DNA of 25,260 nt from a virus. The notes beneath the pieces are model-generated. The model ran no database searches and was not told where the DNA came from. It saw only the letters and a list, made by a program, of their open reading frames with translations. Shown here one piece after another: positions 13,851 through 20,806 of the stretch. Position 1 is the stretch's first letter. Each line of letters starts with the position of its first letter. The translations under genes and the position numbers were made by a program. The stretch is taken from the IMG/VR virus record IMGVR_UViG_3300023296_001674; one strand, written 5' to 3'.

Positions 13851-14022
13851 GCGGGTATCGTATAATGGTATTATCGCAGCCTTCCATGTGATATGTTTAA
13901 CATATCTCAGGTTGAGCCATTTATTGGCTCCTTGAAGGTCGAGGGTTCAGACCCCATCCGGTTTAAGCCCGGTAGACCAACTTAAGCTGATGACGGGAGT
14001 TCGATTCTCCCTACCCGCTCCA
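13851..14022 (+). tRNA. tRNA-Gly (anticodon UCC) interrupted between positions 37 and 38 by a ~98-nt structured insert; same acceptor as the other Gly genes; CCA encoded
   Basis: 5' exon GCGGGTA-TC-GTAT…GCAGC-CTTCCA (13851-13886). 3' exon A-GCTGA-TGAC-GGGAG-TTCGATT-CTCCC-TACCCGC-T-CCA (13985-14022). First 18 nt identical to the tRNA at 12508. Confidence 0.55.
13887..13984 (+). other. intron-like insertion inside tRNA-Gly(UCC): four consecutive hairpins
   Basis: Hairpins: GATATG-TTTAA-CATATC; GAGCCA-TTTA-TTGGCTC; GGTC…GACC with a T-loop-like GGG-TTCAGAC-CCC; CCGG-TTTAAGC-CCGG. Too short for a canonical group I intron. Confidence 0.4.
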
Positions 14023-14026
14023 ATAT

Positions 14027-14818
14027 TTGATAAATAGTTATATGAAATGTAAACAATGTAAAATATCATTTACCCCTATCCCACAAGCAAAAAAAGGTAT
14101 ATTTTGTTCGCACGATTGTCATAATGTATACCAGCGCGTAAATACTCGTGAGCAATACTTAAAAAATCCCAAACGGTGTATTTTTTGTGATGATATAATA
14201 TCATATAGAGAAAATATAAAAGTGGCGAAGTTTTGCAATAGGTCTTGCGGGGCAAAATATAATAATAAAAGACGTACAGAATGCGGATACACCCCAAGTC
14301 ATAAAAAATGGTCTAGTGGTAAAATATCTGCTAAAATGTCATCAAAAATGCGCCGTGCGGATATCAAATCAAGTGTCGTGTTTGGTGATTTTACTATAAT
14401 AACATTTGCTATATGCAATATTACGAATAAACCATATGTTCTACAAACACCGCATGGTGGTATAAAGCAAATATCACCATATATTAAATCATCTAAACAG
14501 ATATATTATGAGCAAGCCAAATTTCGATTTAATGTATATGACTATCCAGATATATTTGATATAACACTTTTAGAAAAATATGGATGGTATACATGTCCCG
14601 GCAAGAAACGAAAAAATCAAAAAAAGAATATAAATGGTGTAAGTAGAGATCATATAATATCTATCAATGATGGATTTAAGAATGGGTATGATCCATATAT
14701 TTTAGCACATCCTGCTAATTGTCGATTGATTAAACAAGTGGATAATGTTAAAAAATTAGATAAATCTAATATGTCATATGACGAGTTATTGATTAACATA
14801 AAACAATGGAATGGATAG
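14027..14818 (+). CDS. HNH-family homing-endonuclease-like protein with N-terminal Cys-rich zinc-finger-like motifs; paralog 4 of 4; TAG stop
   Basis: N-terminus MKCKQCKISF…FCSHDCHNVYQ…FCNRSCGAKYNN. C-terminal block …NGVSRDHIISINDGFKNGYDPYILAHPANCRLIKQVDNVKK. Confidence 0.8.
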   Translation: MINSYMKCKQCKISFTPIPQAKKGIFCSHDCHNVYQRVNTREQYLKNPKRCIFCDDIISYRENIKVAKFCNRSCGAKYNNKRRTECGYTPSHKKWSSGKISAKMSSKMRRADIKSSVVFGDFTIITFAICNITNKPYVLQTPHGGIKQISPYIKSSKQIYYEQAKFRFNVYDYPDIFDITLLEKYGWYTCPGKKRKNQKKNINGVSRDHIISINDGFKNGYDPYILAHPANCRLIKQVDNVKKLDKSNMSYDELLINIKQWNG

Positions 14819-14825
14819 ACTATTC

Positions 14826-14900
14826 GCCCCTATAGTACAATGGTTAATATGATCGCCCGGTAAGCGATAGATGAAAGTTCGATTCTTTCTAGAGGCACCA
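14826..14900 (+). tRNA. tRNA-Thr (anticodon GGU; C at position 33), CCA encoded
   Basis: Acceptor GCCCCTA/TAGAGGC (one C·A mismatch); anticodon stem ATCGC/GCGAT perfect, loop CCGGTAA; T arm GAAAG-TTCGATT-CTTTC. Confidence 0.65.
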
Positions 14901-14912
14901 ATAAATAACAAT

Positions 14913-15728
14913 ATGACAATGACACCACCAAATATTATAATTTATAGTAATCCACGTTCAGGAACCACATTGCTTCATCATACATTATTATTATTTTTTC
15001 AAGAATATTATGGTGATTATTATTGTGATTTACATGAATTCTTTACAACATCGCATATGACAACGAGACATCGTAATAATATAGATGAAATAAATTCCAT
15101 TACGTATGAACAGAATAACAATATATTAATAAAGACATACAAGCCAGCAGATACCGAAAGCAATGACTTCGAAGAAGAATTGCAACAACGAATTTCACAA
15201 TGGAACAATTGTGTAATAGCTGATAACAATCAGCCGTTTATAACAAAAATATTTCACAAAAATTTGATTGATCACAATTTTTCAAATACAATATTTGATC
15301 ATTCATTAAATTTGGTTCTTGTAAGAAAAAACGTACAAGATATGATATTGAGTTTTATAATATCAAATAGCAACAATAACTGGTTTTATTATGAAAATGA
15401 AAATATAGAAACATTGCGCGGAAGTTTGATTGGTGATATAGATATAATACGCATTCATTTGGAACGCAATAAATTATTTCTTGAAAATATACCCAATATA
15501 CCCAATGCATTAATCATTGATTATGATGAACTTAATGACTATGAATATTTTTATCAAGTTATTATAGATATGGGCATTGTTGATATTCGTGAATTGCATG
15601 CCATGGAAATATTTGATAACATACAGCTAAAACGTAAAATTATTCCAACACCATATACAATGGATCGTATAGATTATTTTAAGAATGCCAATGAAATAAA
15701 AACACTCATGGATGAATATTGTTCTTGA
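14913..15728 (+). CDS. sulfotransferase-family-like protein (PAPS-binding 5'-PSB-like motif NPRSGTT)
   Basis: Start moved to the Met at 14913 (MTMTPPNIIIYSNPRSGTTLLHH…); the ORF-track start at 14871 overlaps the tRNA. TGA stop. Confidence 0.55.
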   Translation: MTMTPPNIIIYSNPRSGTTLLHHTLLLFFQEYYGDYYCDLHEFFTTSHMTTRHRNNIDEINSITYEQNNNILIKTYKPADTESNDFEEELQQRISQWNNCVIADNNQPFITKIFHKNLIDHNFSNTIFDHSLNLVLVRKNVQDMILSFIISNSNNNWFYYENENIETLRGSLIGDIDIIRIHLERNKLFLENIPNIPNALIIDYDELNDYEYFYQVIIDMGIVDIRELHAMEIFDNIQLKRKIIPTPYTMDRIDYFKNANEIKTLMDEYCS

Positions 15729-15755
15729 CAATTTGTATCATTATGTTATTATAAA
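15725..15755 (+). promoter_or_regulatory. sigma70-like promoter (TTGACA + AT-rich -10)
   Basis: TTGACA 15725-15730; ATTATA/TATAAA 17-19 nt downstream; precedes CDS 15779. Confidence 0.5.
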
Positions 15756-15778
15756 CTCTTGAAATATGGAGAATTCCA

Positions 15779-16024
15779 ATGGATGATTATGATAAAATGT
15801 TTGATAATATGATAGAAGGATTCAAATCTGGTAGATTTAATGCTAAGGATTGGAATTTTTGTATTGATATAAATCTTGCTAATAAAAAAGATGTTTATGA
15901 TGGTTATATCATGGGAACTGGTGCTGAACAATGCGCTGGTTGTAAATCGTTTTCGACAAGGGAAGAACTTGTTGATTTGTTTACCAAAGTAGGCGCAAGG
16001 TTTATAATGAATGGAGTTGGTTGA
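15779..16024 (+). CDS. hypothetical protein (81 aa)
   Basis: SD TGGAGA upstream; overlaps the next start. Confidence 0.5.
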   Translation: MDDYDKMFDNMIEGFKSGRFNAKDWNFCIDINLANKKDVYDGYIMGTGAEQCAGCKSFSTREELVDLFTKVGARFIMNGVG

Positions 16025-16329
16025 TGGCACCTCATAGAGTACGACAATTGCATCGACCACGAAAAAAACCATATGGATTTGAAATATATGAAGATTCAAC
16101 ACCACTTAGTCTTGCCAATATTAGAAAGTGGTGCAAAAGTGTTATTGGTAATCTCGGCGAGCCACGCGGATGGTCATTAAAAGATGATACCATTTATATT
16201 AGAGGTCAAAAACGTGGTGGAAAACCCATGATTTATTTTATGGAAGAAAAACACGCTTTAGCATTTAAAAAAATGATAAACACAACAAATGTTGATGATA
16301 TACTTCTTTTTAAATTTATGTATTATTAA
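16021..16329 (+). CDS. hypothetical protein, tandem paralog A (RQLHRPRKKPYGFEIYED…MIYFMEEKHALAFKKM)
   Basis: Shares N- and C-terminal motifs with the ORF at 16329. Confidence 0.55.
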   Translation: MMAPHRVRQLHRPRKKPYGFEIYEDSTPLSLANIRKWCKSVIGNLGEPRGWSLKDDTIYIRGQKRGGKPMIYFMEEKHALAFKKMINTTNVDDILLFKFMYY

Positions 16330-16586
16330 TGGCAAACCGAATAAGACAAATGGTTCGCCCTAGAATAATGCCGTATGCGTTTAAAATTTATAGTGATTTT
16401 ATGGATCGACGTAATGTACATAAAGATCACAACAAACAAATGGCAATATATGGATGGGTTAAAGACACGTTTGGTGAATCTAACTATGATGTATGGACTT
16501 CGCGGCGTGAACCCACACGATATGCAACAATGATATATTTTATGGATGATACATCCGCCATGGCATTTAAGCTGCAATGGATGTAA
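16329..16586 (+). CDS. hypothetical protein, tandem paralog B (RQMVRPRIMPYAFKIYSD…MIYFMDDTSAMAFKLQWM)
   Basis: Start overlaps the stop of paralog A (TAATG). Confidence 0.55.
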   Translation: MANRIRQMVRPRIMPYAFKIYSDFMDRRNVHKDHNKQMAIYGWVKDTFGESNYDVWTSRREPTRYATMIYFMDDTSAMAFKLQWM

Positions 16587-16603
16587 ATAAAGCGTGATGA
16601 TCG

Positions 16604-16641
16604 GGTATCTAGTTCGATTTTTATCGGGATACCAAAATTTT
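16604..16641 (+). terminator. rho-independent terminator containing a T-loop-like sequence
   Basis: GGTATC…GATACC stem (loop includes GTTCGATT) followed by AAAATTTTT; just after the stop of CDS 16329-16586. Confidence 0.55.
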
Positions 16642-16799
16642 TAACCCAAATAATAGGAGTTCGACATGAAAACGGGATAACTTAGCGGCGGTTTGCCGCA
16701 CACATGGATTACAGCTAAAATCAAGAAATTTAAACTTTAATTAAGGAGATACACAATGAGTAATGAAAACTCAAGGGTATCGCAGAAAGTTTAGACAGT

Positions 16800-17129
16800 A
16801 TGGATAAAGCTGCGCTAAAAACACTTTCCGATACTCTTAATCGGATATGGGGAATCCCTGAACCAAGGGTCTATTATCCGAATAAACATTTCGAAAAACC
16901 TGAACCAGTTGAACAGACAATGTTCTCAGTGTTCATTCTTGACGCTGGTCCTAAACGGATTAACGTCATTAAAGAAATCAGATCAATCTTAGGATTGACC
17001 CTGAAAGAATCAAAGGATTTTGTTGATAATATAGACAAGAGCCTTGTTCAAGAAGACTTAGAAAAATGGGATGCAGATGCATTAGCCGAAACATTATCAA
17101 ATGTTGGAGCAACTGTTGAAGTTTCTTAA
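16800..17129 (+). CDS. ribosomal protein bL12 (L7/L12) C-terminal-domain homolog with a non-canonical N-terminus
   Basis: C-terminal 70 aa FSVFILDAGPKRINVIKEIRSILGLTLKESKDFVDNIDKSLVQEDLEKWDADALAETLSNVGATVEVS align by eye with bacterial bL12 CTD (FDVIL…KVAVIK.VR..TGLGLKEAKDLVE…EAG..VEVK). Confidence 0.65.
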   Translation: MDKAALKTLSDTLNRIWGIPEPRVYYPNKHFEKPEPVEQTMFSVFILDAGPKRINVIKEIRSILGLTLKESKDFVDNIDKSLVQEDLEKWDADALAETLSNVGATVEVS

Positions 17130-17171
17130 AATATACCAGTTTGGTGTCTGGGGTATAAACAAAACACCACC

Positions 17172-17225
17172 TTCCTCTTTCGTATAGTGGTTATGATCTT
17201 TGTGTCGCAATCAGAGGACGATTTT
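17172..17225 (+). pseudogene. truncated paralog of the tRNA at 17331 (5' two-thirds; T arm replaced by TTTTTTG)
   Basis: TCGTATAGTGGTTATGATCTTTGTGTCGCAATCAGAGGACG matches 17338-17378 with a few substitutions; preceded by the hairpin GGTGT…ACACC. Confidence 0.3.
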
Positions 17226-17241
17226 TTGTGGAGGCAATTAT

Positions 17242-17325
17242 GCGCGTAGCCGGTATGTTGGTACTACCACTGGTCTTCCAAACCAGCGCGAAAGCATTGG
17301 GGTTTGATTCCCCCTACCCGCTCCA
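17242..17325 (+). tRNA. tRNA-Gly (anticodon UCC) with an 11-nt variable arm (84 nt); Gly-family acceptor; CCA encoded
   Basis: Acceptor GCGCGTA/TACCCGC-T-CCA; D GGTA/TACC; anticodon stem CTGGT/ACCAG perfect, loop CTTCCAA; variable CGCGAAAGCAT; T arm (T)GGGG-TTTGATT-CCCC(C). Confidence 0.6.
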
Positions 17326-17330
17326 ATCAA

Positions 17331-17405
17331 GCCCCATTCGTATAGTGGTCATTATCTCTGTGTCGTACTCAGAGGACGGCAGTTCGATTCCGCCATGGGG
17401 CACCA
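17331..17405 (+). tRNA. tRNA-Thr-like (anticodon CGU if the loop is 7 nt; loop region could be 9 nt), CCA encoded
   Basis: Acceptor GCCCCAT/ATGGGGC perfect; D GTAT/(T)TAT; anticodon stem CTCTG/CAGAG with TGTCGTACT between; T arm GGCAG-TTCGATT-CCGCC. Confidence 0.55.
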
Positions 17406-17471
17406 ATTACATATTGCATTATATCCTATTTTTTTATATAATAAATAAAAAGAACAATAGGACACGAAACT

Positions 17472-18023
17472 ATGCGCGGAACATTAGAAGTGATTACTGG
17501 CCCAATGTTTGCCGGTAAGACGACAGAAATAATAAAACGATTATTATGGTCAAAACATCAAGGTAAATCAACAATTATATACAAACCAGCAATGGATGAT
17601 AGATATAGTGAAACTGAAATAGTTACACATACCAAATTTTCATACGAAGCAACATCCATCATTGATAGTTTTAATATCAATCCAACATACGATCATTATT
17701 TTTTTGATGAAATACAGTTTCATGATAAAAATATTGTTCCATCTATAACTAAATTATTAGATGAAGGAAAAAATGTAACGGTGGCTGGTTTAGACGCTGA
17801 TTATAAAGGTGTTGCATTTGCGAACACTGCTACGTTAATGGCGATGGCAGACGAAGTATTTAAGATAAAATCGCATTGTAGTTTATGTGGCAAAGATGCT
17901 GCTAAAACATTTAAAACTGGTTCGACAAGCGACCAGCGCATAGAATTGGGTGAAAATGACTTATACCGTGCCAGATGTAATGAGCATTGGTATGTATCAG
18001 GAACTGACGATAGTTTTTCTTGA
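17472..18023 (+). CDS. tdk: thymidine kinase
   Basis: N-terminal P-loop ITGPMFAGKTTEIIKR and C-terminal Cys cluster CSLCGKDA…RCNEHW typical of type II thymidine kinases; TGA stop. Confidence 0.9.
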   Translation: MRGTLEVITGPMFAGKTTEIIKRLLWSKHQGKSTIIYKPAMDDRYSETEIVTHTKFSYEATSIIDSFNINPTYDHYFFDEIQFHDKNIVPSITKLLDEGKNVTVAGLDADYKGVAFANTATLMAMADEVFKIKSHCSLCGKDAAKTFKTGSTSDQRIELGENDLYRARCNEHWYVSGTDDSFS

Positions 18024-18048
18024 CAATATTTTTTATATAGCATATAAT
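18020..18048 (+). promoter_or_regulatory. sigma70-type promoter TTGACA-N17-TATAAT
   Basis: TTGACA 18020-18025, TATAAT 18043-18048; precedes the desaturase gene. Confidence 0.7.
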
Positions 18049-18079
18049 GTTAGTATACAAAATTTTTAGGAGATATTAA

Positions 18080-19063
18080 ATGGATAACAACAATTACAAC
18101 GATTTAAAACAGCGTTTGGTTAATGCAGGATGTTTCGAACGAGCGACATCGCATTATGTTCTACGTATTACAGCAATTCTAATTGCTTATGTGGGAGCAT
18201 ATTTTGTTCTGCTTACACAGCCACTAGGATTGGTTGCAGTGGGTGCATTGATTATTGCAGCCTTTGCCAGCGTTCAGGCTGGTTTCATTTCACACGATGC
18301 TGGTGATGGCGGTATTACATCAAATAAGATGCTATCTACCGGTATGCGACAATTCTTTTTATCGTTTGTTACTGGTGTGAGTAGTTCATATTTTCATGCA
18401 CTACATAAAGTGCATCACAAAACAATGTTTAAAGGATCATCGAAATCATCCGACACAGTTTCAGAAAATGAATACGAAGGCAAATGGTTGAAGAAATTAG
18501 TTTCACGTGATGGTTTGTTATTCATGGTAACGATGGTTACATTACGGGGATTCACATTCAAATTTGAAAGTGTAAAATATATGCTTAAACACGCCAATAA
18601 AACCGCCGCAGATCAACTGTTGGTGGGATTGCACGTTGTAGCATGGCTGATCGTTCCAATGATGATTATTGGACCAGTAGCCATTCTAAACTATGCATTA
18701 TTGACGTTGTTGATTGGACCTTATATCGGAACGGTATTGGTTATTAATCATGCCGGTATGGTAACAGCAAACCGACAAATGCATTTGCCTAAATTTGAAC
18801 GCGTAGTAAATACTACACGCAATCTTGGTGACGGCGTTTGGAACAATCTGTTCTTCGGTGGTGTAAACAACCATATTGAACACCATTTGTTTCCGGGTGT
18901 GCCAGTGCCAAATCTAGGTGAAGCTAGAAAGATTACTGAAGCCTTTTGTGAAGAACGTGGTATTAAATACACCAAAGCTTCATATTTCAGCGCATTAATC
19001 GAAGCCAAAGACCATTTCAAGGGTTTGTCTTCACAGAGATTAGTTGCTGAAGCACTCAACTAA
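18080..19063 (+). CDS. membrane fatty-acid desaturase-family protein (three His boxes)
   Basis: HDAGD, HKVHH and HIEHHLFP motifs plus multiple hydrophobic helices; SD TAGGAGA upstream. Confidence 0.8.
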   Translation: MDNNNYNDLKQRLVNAGCFERATSHYVLRITAILIAYVGAYFVLLTQPLGLVAVGALIIAAFASVQAGFISHDAGDGGITSNKMLSTGMRQFFLSFVTGVSSSYFHALHKVHHKTMFKGSSKSSDTVSENEYEGKWLKKLVSRDGLLFMVTMVTLRGFTFKFESVKYMLKHANKTAADQLLVGLHVVAWLIVPMMIIGPVAILNYALLTLLIGPYIGTVLVINHAGMVTANRQMHLPKFERVVNTTRNLGDGVWNNLFFGGVNNHIEHHLFPGVPVPNLGEARKITEAFCEERGIKYTKASYFSALIEAKDHFKGLSSQRLVAEALN

Positions 19064-19073
19064 GGGAAACTAT

Positions 19074-19550
19074 ATGTTTAAATTTAATGTATGTAATTAC
19101 AGTGATTCACTGTATTCAATGGACAACTATACCAAGGCTATTGGTATAGTTGATCCAGATGAAAAAGTAACACCATCAGAAAAATATCATGTTGCACGAT
19201 GCCACGATATAGTAATGCAGGAACACCCTTGGGTGGCTCCCACAATAGACCAGTTTGTCGCAATTATGAATTTTGCAGAAGATTTTACAGACGATGATGT
19301 TGTAATGATTCATTGCTCTGCTGGTATATCACGCAGCACTGCAACTGCCATATTGTTATTAATGTTGCATGGCGCTGACGAAGAAGAAGCATTTAATGCT
19401 GTTGAACAAAATAGACCAAACATGAATCCAAACACATTGATTCTTCGCTTTGCTGATGAATTATTAGGAATGGATGGCGGTTTGATTGAATATCATAAAC
19501 AATGGATGGCGAAACGGGTTATTAAACCAGTTAGTTTCGCAGGACAATAA
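19074..19550 (+). CDS. Cys-based (CX5R) protein phosphatase, dual-specificity/tyrosine-phosphatase-like
   Basis: Active-site signature VMIHCSAGISRSTA. Start chosen at the Met at 19074, which has SD AAGGGAAA; the ORF-track start at 19044 overlaps the upstream gene. Confidence 0.65.
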   Translation: MFKFNVCNYSDSLYSMDNYTKAIGIVDPDEKVTPSEKYHVARCHDIVMQEHPWVAPTIDQFVAIMNFAEDFTDDDVVMIHCSAGISRSTATAILLLMLHGADEEEAFNAVEQNRPNMNPNTLILRFADELLGMDGGLIEYHKQWMAKRVIKPVSFAGQ

Positions 19551-19562
19551 AAAGGAAATAAT

Positions 19563-19697
19563 ATGCATCGCGATAAATTAAAAACAGACCCAGCCAATAA
19601 AGAGTATATTGACGGTTGGAATAGAATCTTCAATAAAAAAGAAGAAGTAGTTAAACCAAAAAAGAAAACGGCTAAGAAAAAACCTGCTAAGAAATAA
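19563..19697 (+). CDS. small Lys-rich basic protein (44 aa; not in ORF track)
   Basis: ATG with SD AAAGGAAA 6 nt upstream; MHRDKLKTDPANKEYIDGWNRIFNKKEEVVKPKKKTAKKKPAKK*. Confidence 0.45.
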   Translation: MHRDKLKTDPANKEYIDGWNRIFNKKEEVVKPKKKTAKKKPAKK

Positions 19698-19704
19698 AAT
19701 TCTA

Positions 19705-19734
19705 TTGACATATATCAACAATAGTGTATTATTA
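19705..19734 (+). promoter_or_regulatory. sigma70-like promoter (TTGACA + TATTAT)
   Basis: TTGACA 19705-19710; AT-rich -10 17-18 nt downstream. Confidence 0.5.
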
Positions 19735-19738
19735 ACTT

Positions 19739-19987
19739 ATGATAGATTTAGGATACATATTGGTAGCATTCATATGCTCTACCCCGATTGATACACCAGA
19801 TGGGCACCACAAGTGCTACAGTGGTTCATACGGATGGCATGCGACTGTTAGCCAATGTAGGGCTGCTGGCAAGGAGAAGCTAGCAGTATGGGAACAGCAC
19901 GGCTTACGTTTAGTCGCGGGAGTATGTAGAACACCCTTACCAGACGATGTTGAATATGAACAAGCGAGAAAAGAAAAATCATTTTAA
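19739..19987 (+). CDS. hypothetical protein (82 aa; locally GC-richer, Cys/Trp-containing)
   Basis: ORF only; weak SD. Confidence 0.35.
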   Translation: MIDLGYILVAFICSTPIDTPDGHHKCYSGSYGWHATVSQCRAAGKEKLAVWEQHGLRLVAGVCRTPLPDDVEYEQARKEKSF

Positions 19988-20000
19988 AAGGATATTATGA

Positions 20001-20279
20001 ATGAATAAAATTTATGAATTTCATTGGGAAGTTGGTAGAATGGGTGACGTTGAAGGTTTGTTCGTTGCCGATGATGCTGACGTTGCTAATTTGATCGGTA
20101 AAGAAATTTACTTTGGTGAAATTCTTGGAAAACATTCCGAAGTTTATGGAACGTTGGAAAAGGGCGATCTTGTTGTGAAATCAGATGATCCAGAATTTGT
20201 TGAAAAATTCATCGAAATAATGGGTTACGGAACAGTATCTGGTTATAATCCATTTGATTATTATGATCCAGATCAATAA
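20001..20279 (+). CDS. hypothetical acidic protein (92 aa)
   Basis: SD AAAGGA upstream; highly acidic composition. Confidence 0.55.
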   Translation: MNKIYEFHWEVGRMGDVEGLFVADDADVANLIGKEIYFGEILGKHSEVYGTLEKGDLVVKSDDPEFVEKFIEIMGYGTVSGYNPFDYYDPDQ

Positions 20280-20328
20280 TAAAATATAGACAAACACTTC
20301 GTTTGGGTGTATAAATATAGAATAATAT

Positions 20329-20436
20329 TTCCAAGTAGCTCAGATGGTAGAGCGTCTGACTGTGGAACAGATGAGCCTAAAGCTTTGAAGTTCAAATTTA
20401 ATCAGAATGTCGGCGGTTCGATCCCGTCCTTGGAAG
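20329..20436 (+). tRNA. aberrant tRNA-like gene, 108 nt, no CCA: canonical 5' half and T arm separated by a ~39-nt insertion after the anticodon arm
   Basis: Acceptor TTCCAAG/CTTGGAA perfect; D GCTC-AGATGGTA-GAGC; anticodon-like stem TCTGA/(A)CAGA with loop CTGTGGA (GUG); insert contains TTGAA-G-TTCAA; T arm GGCGG-TTCGATC-CCGTC. Confidence 0.35.
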
Positions 20437-20439
20437 CAA

Positions 20440-20575
20440 ATAAAAGTTTTAGGTCGTTCAATAAGCCATGTTTAGCGGCATGGTTAGGACAAGCGGGTAT
20501 AACCGCTAAATGGTATGCTGCAATCGGGGTTAACACTTATTGCAACGAGGTGAAAATCCACCCATAGAAATCAAT
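20440..20575 (+). ncRNA. highly structured spacer (candidate small RNA): hairpins CCATG-TTTAGCGG-CATGG and GCGG-GTATAA-CCGC
   Basis: Dense local complementarity; ORF 20307-20567 is discounted because it overlaps tRNA-like sequence. Confidence 0.25.
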
Positions 20576-20667
20576 GCCTCGGTAGCTCAGAAAAGCAACG
20601 TAAGTTGTAGTGTAGTAGCAGGTGACTGAACCTCACCGTGTCGGTAGTTCGAATCTATCCTGGGGCA
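20576..20667 (+). tRNA. aberrant tRNA-like gene, 92 nt, no CCA: ~20 extra nt in the D region
   Basis: Acceptor GCCTCGG/CTGGGGC; 5' D stem GCTC with no partner; anticodon-like stem GGTGA/TCACC with loop CTGAACC (GAA); T arm GGTAG-TTCGAAT-CTATC. Confidence 0.35.
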
Positions 20668-20711
20668 CAAATAATACAAAGGAAGATAACAATATCAAGT
20701 GAATAACATAT

Positions 20712-20787
20712 AGTTCCGTAGCTCAGTGGATAGAGCGCAACTTTGCGAAAGTTGAAGTCGGTGGTTCGATCCCACTCGGGACTGCCA
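20712..20787 (+). tRNA. tRNA-Arg (anticodon GCG) with canonical body (CCGTAGCTCAGTGGATAGAG… resembles the E. coli Arg-ACG body), CCA encoded
   Basis: Acceptor AGTTCCG/CGGGACT; D GCTC-AGTGGATA-GAGC; anticodon stem CAACT/AGTTG perfect, loop TTGCGAA; T arm GGTGG-TTCGATC-CCACT. Confidence 0.75.
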
Positions 20788-20806
20788 ATAACGATGAGGA
20801 TGTGAT

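Noticed and set aside
13887-13984. Canonical group I intron in tRNA-Gly
   Set aside because: 98 nt is well below the minimum for the P1-P9 architecture, and no P7-like conserved core was recognisable by eye. Kept only as an intron-like insert of unknown type.
13987-13993. Hammerhead-ribozyme core CUGAUGA near the tRNA-Gly insert
   Set aside because: The motif is formed by anticodon-stem, position-38 and variable-loop nucleotides of the tRNA. No GAAA or stem II/III arrangement follows. The same is true of the CUGAUGAG at 382-389.
17228-17518. ORF 17228-17518 (+)
   Set aside because: Spans two tRNA genes (17242-17325, 17331-17405).
20307-20567. ORF 20307-20567 (+)
   Set aside because: Begins inside the aberrant tRNA at 20329 and covers a hairpin-dense spacer; no SD.
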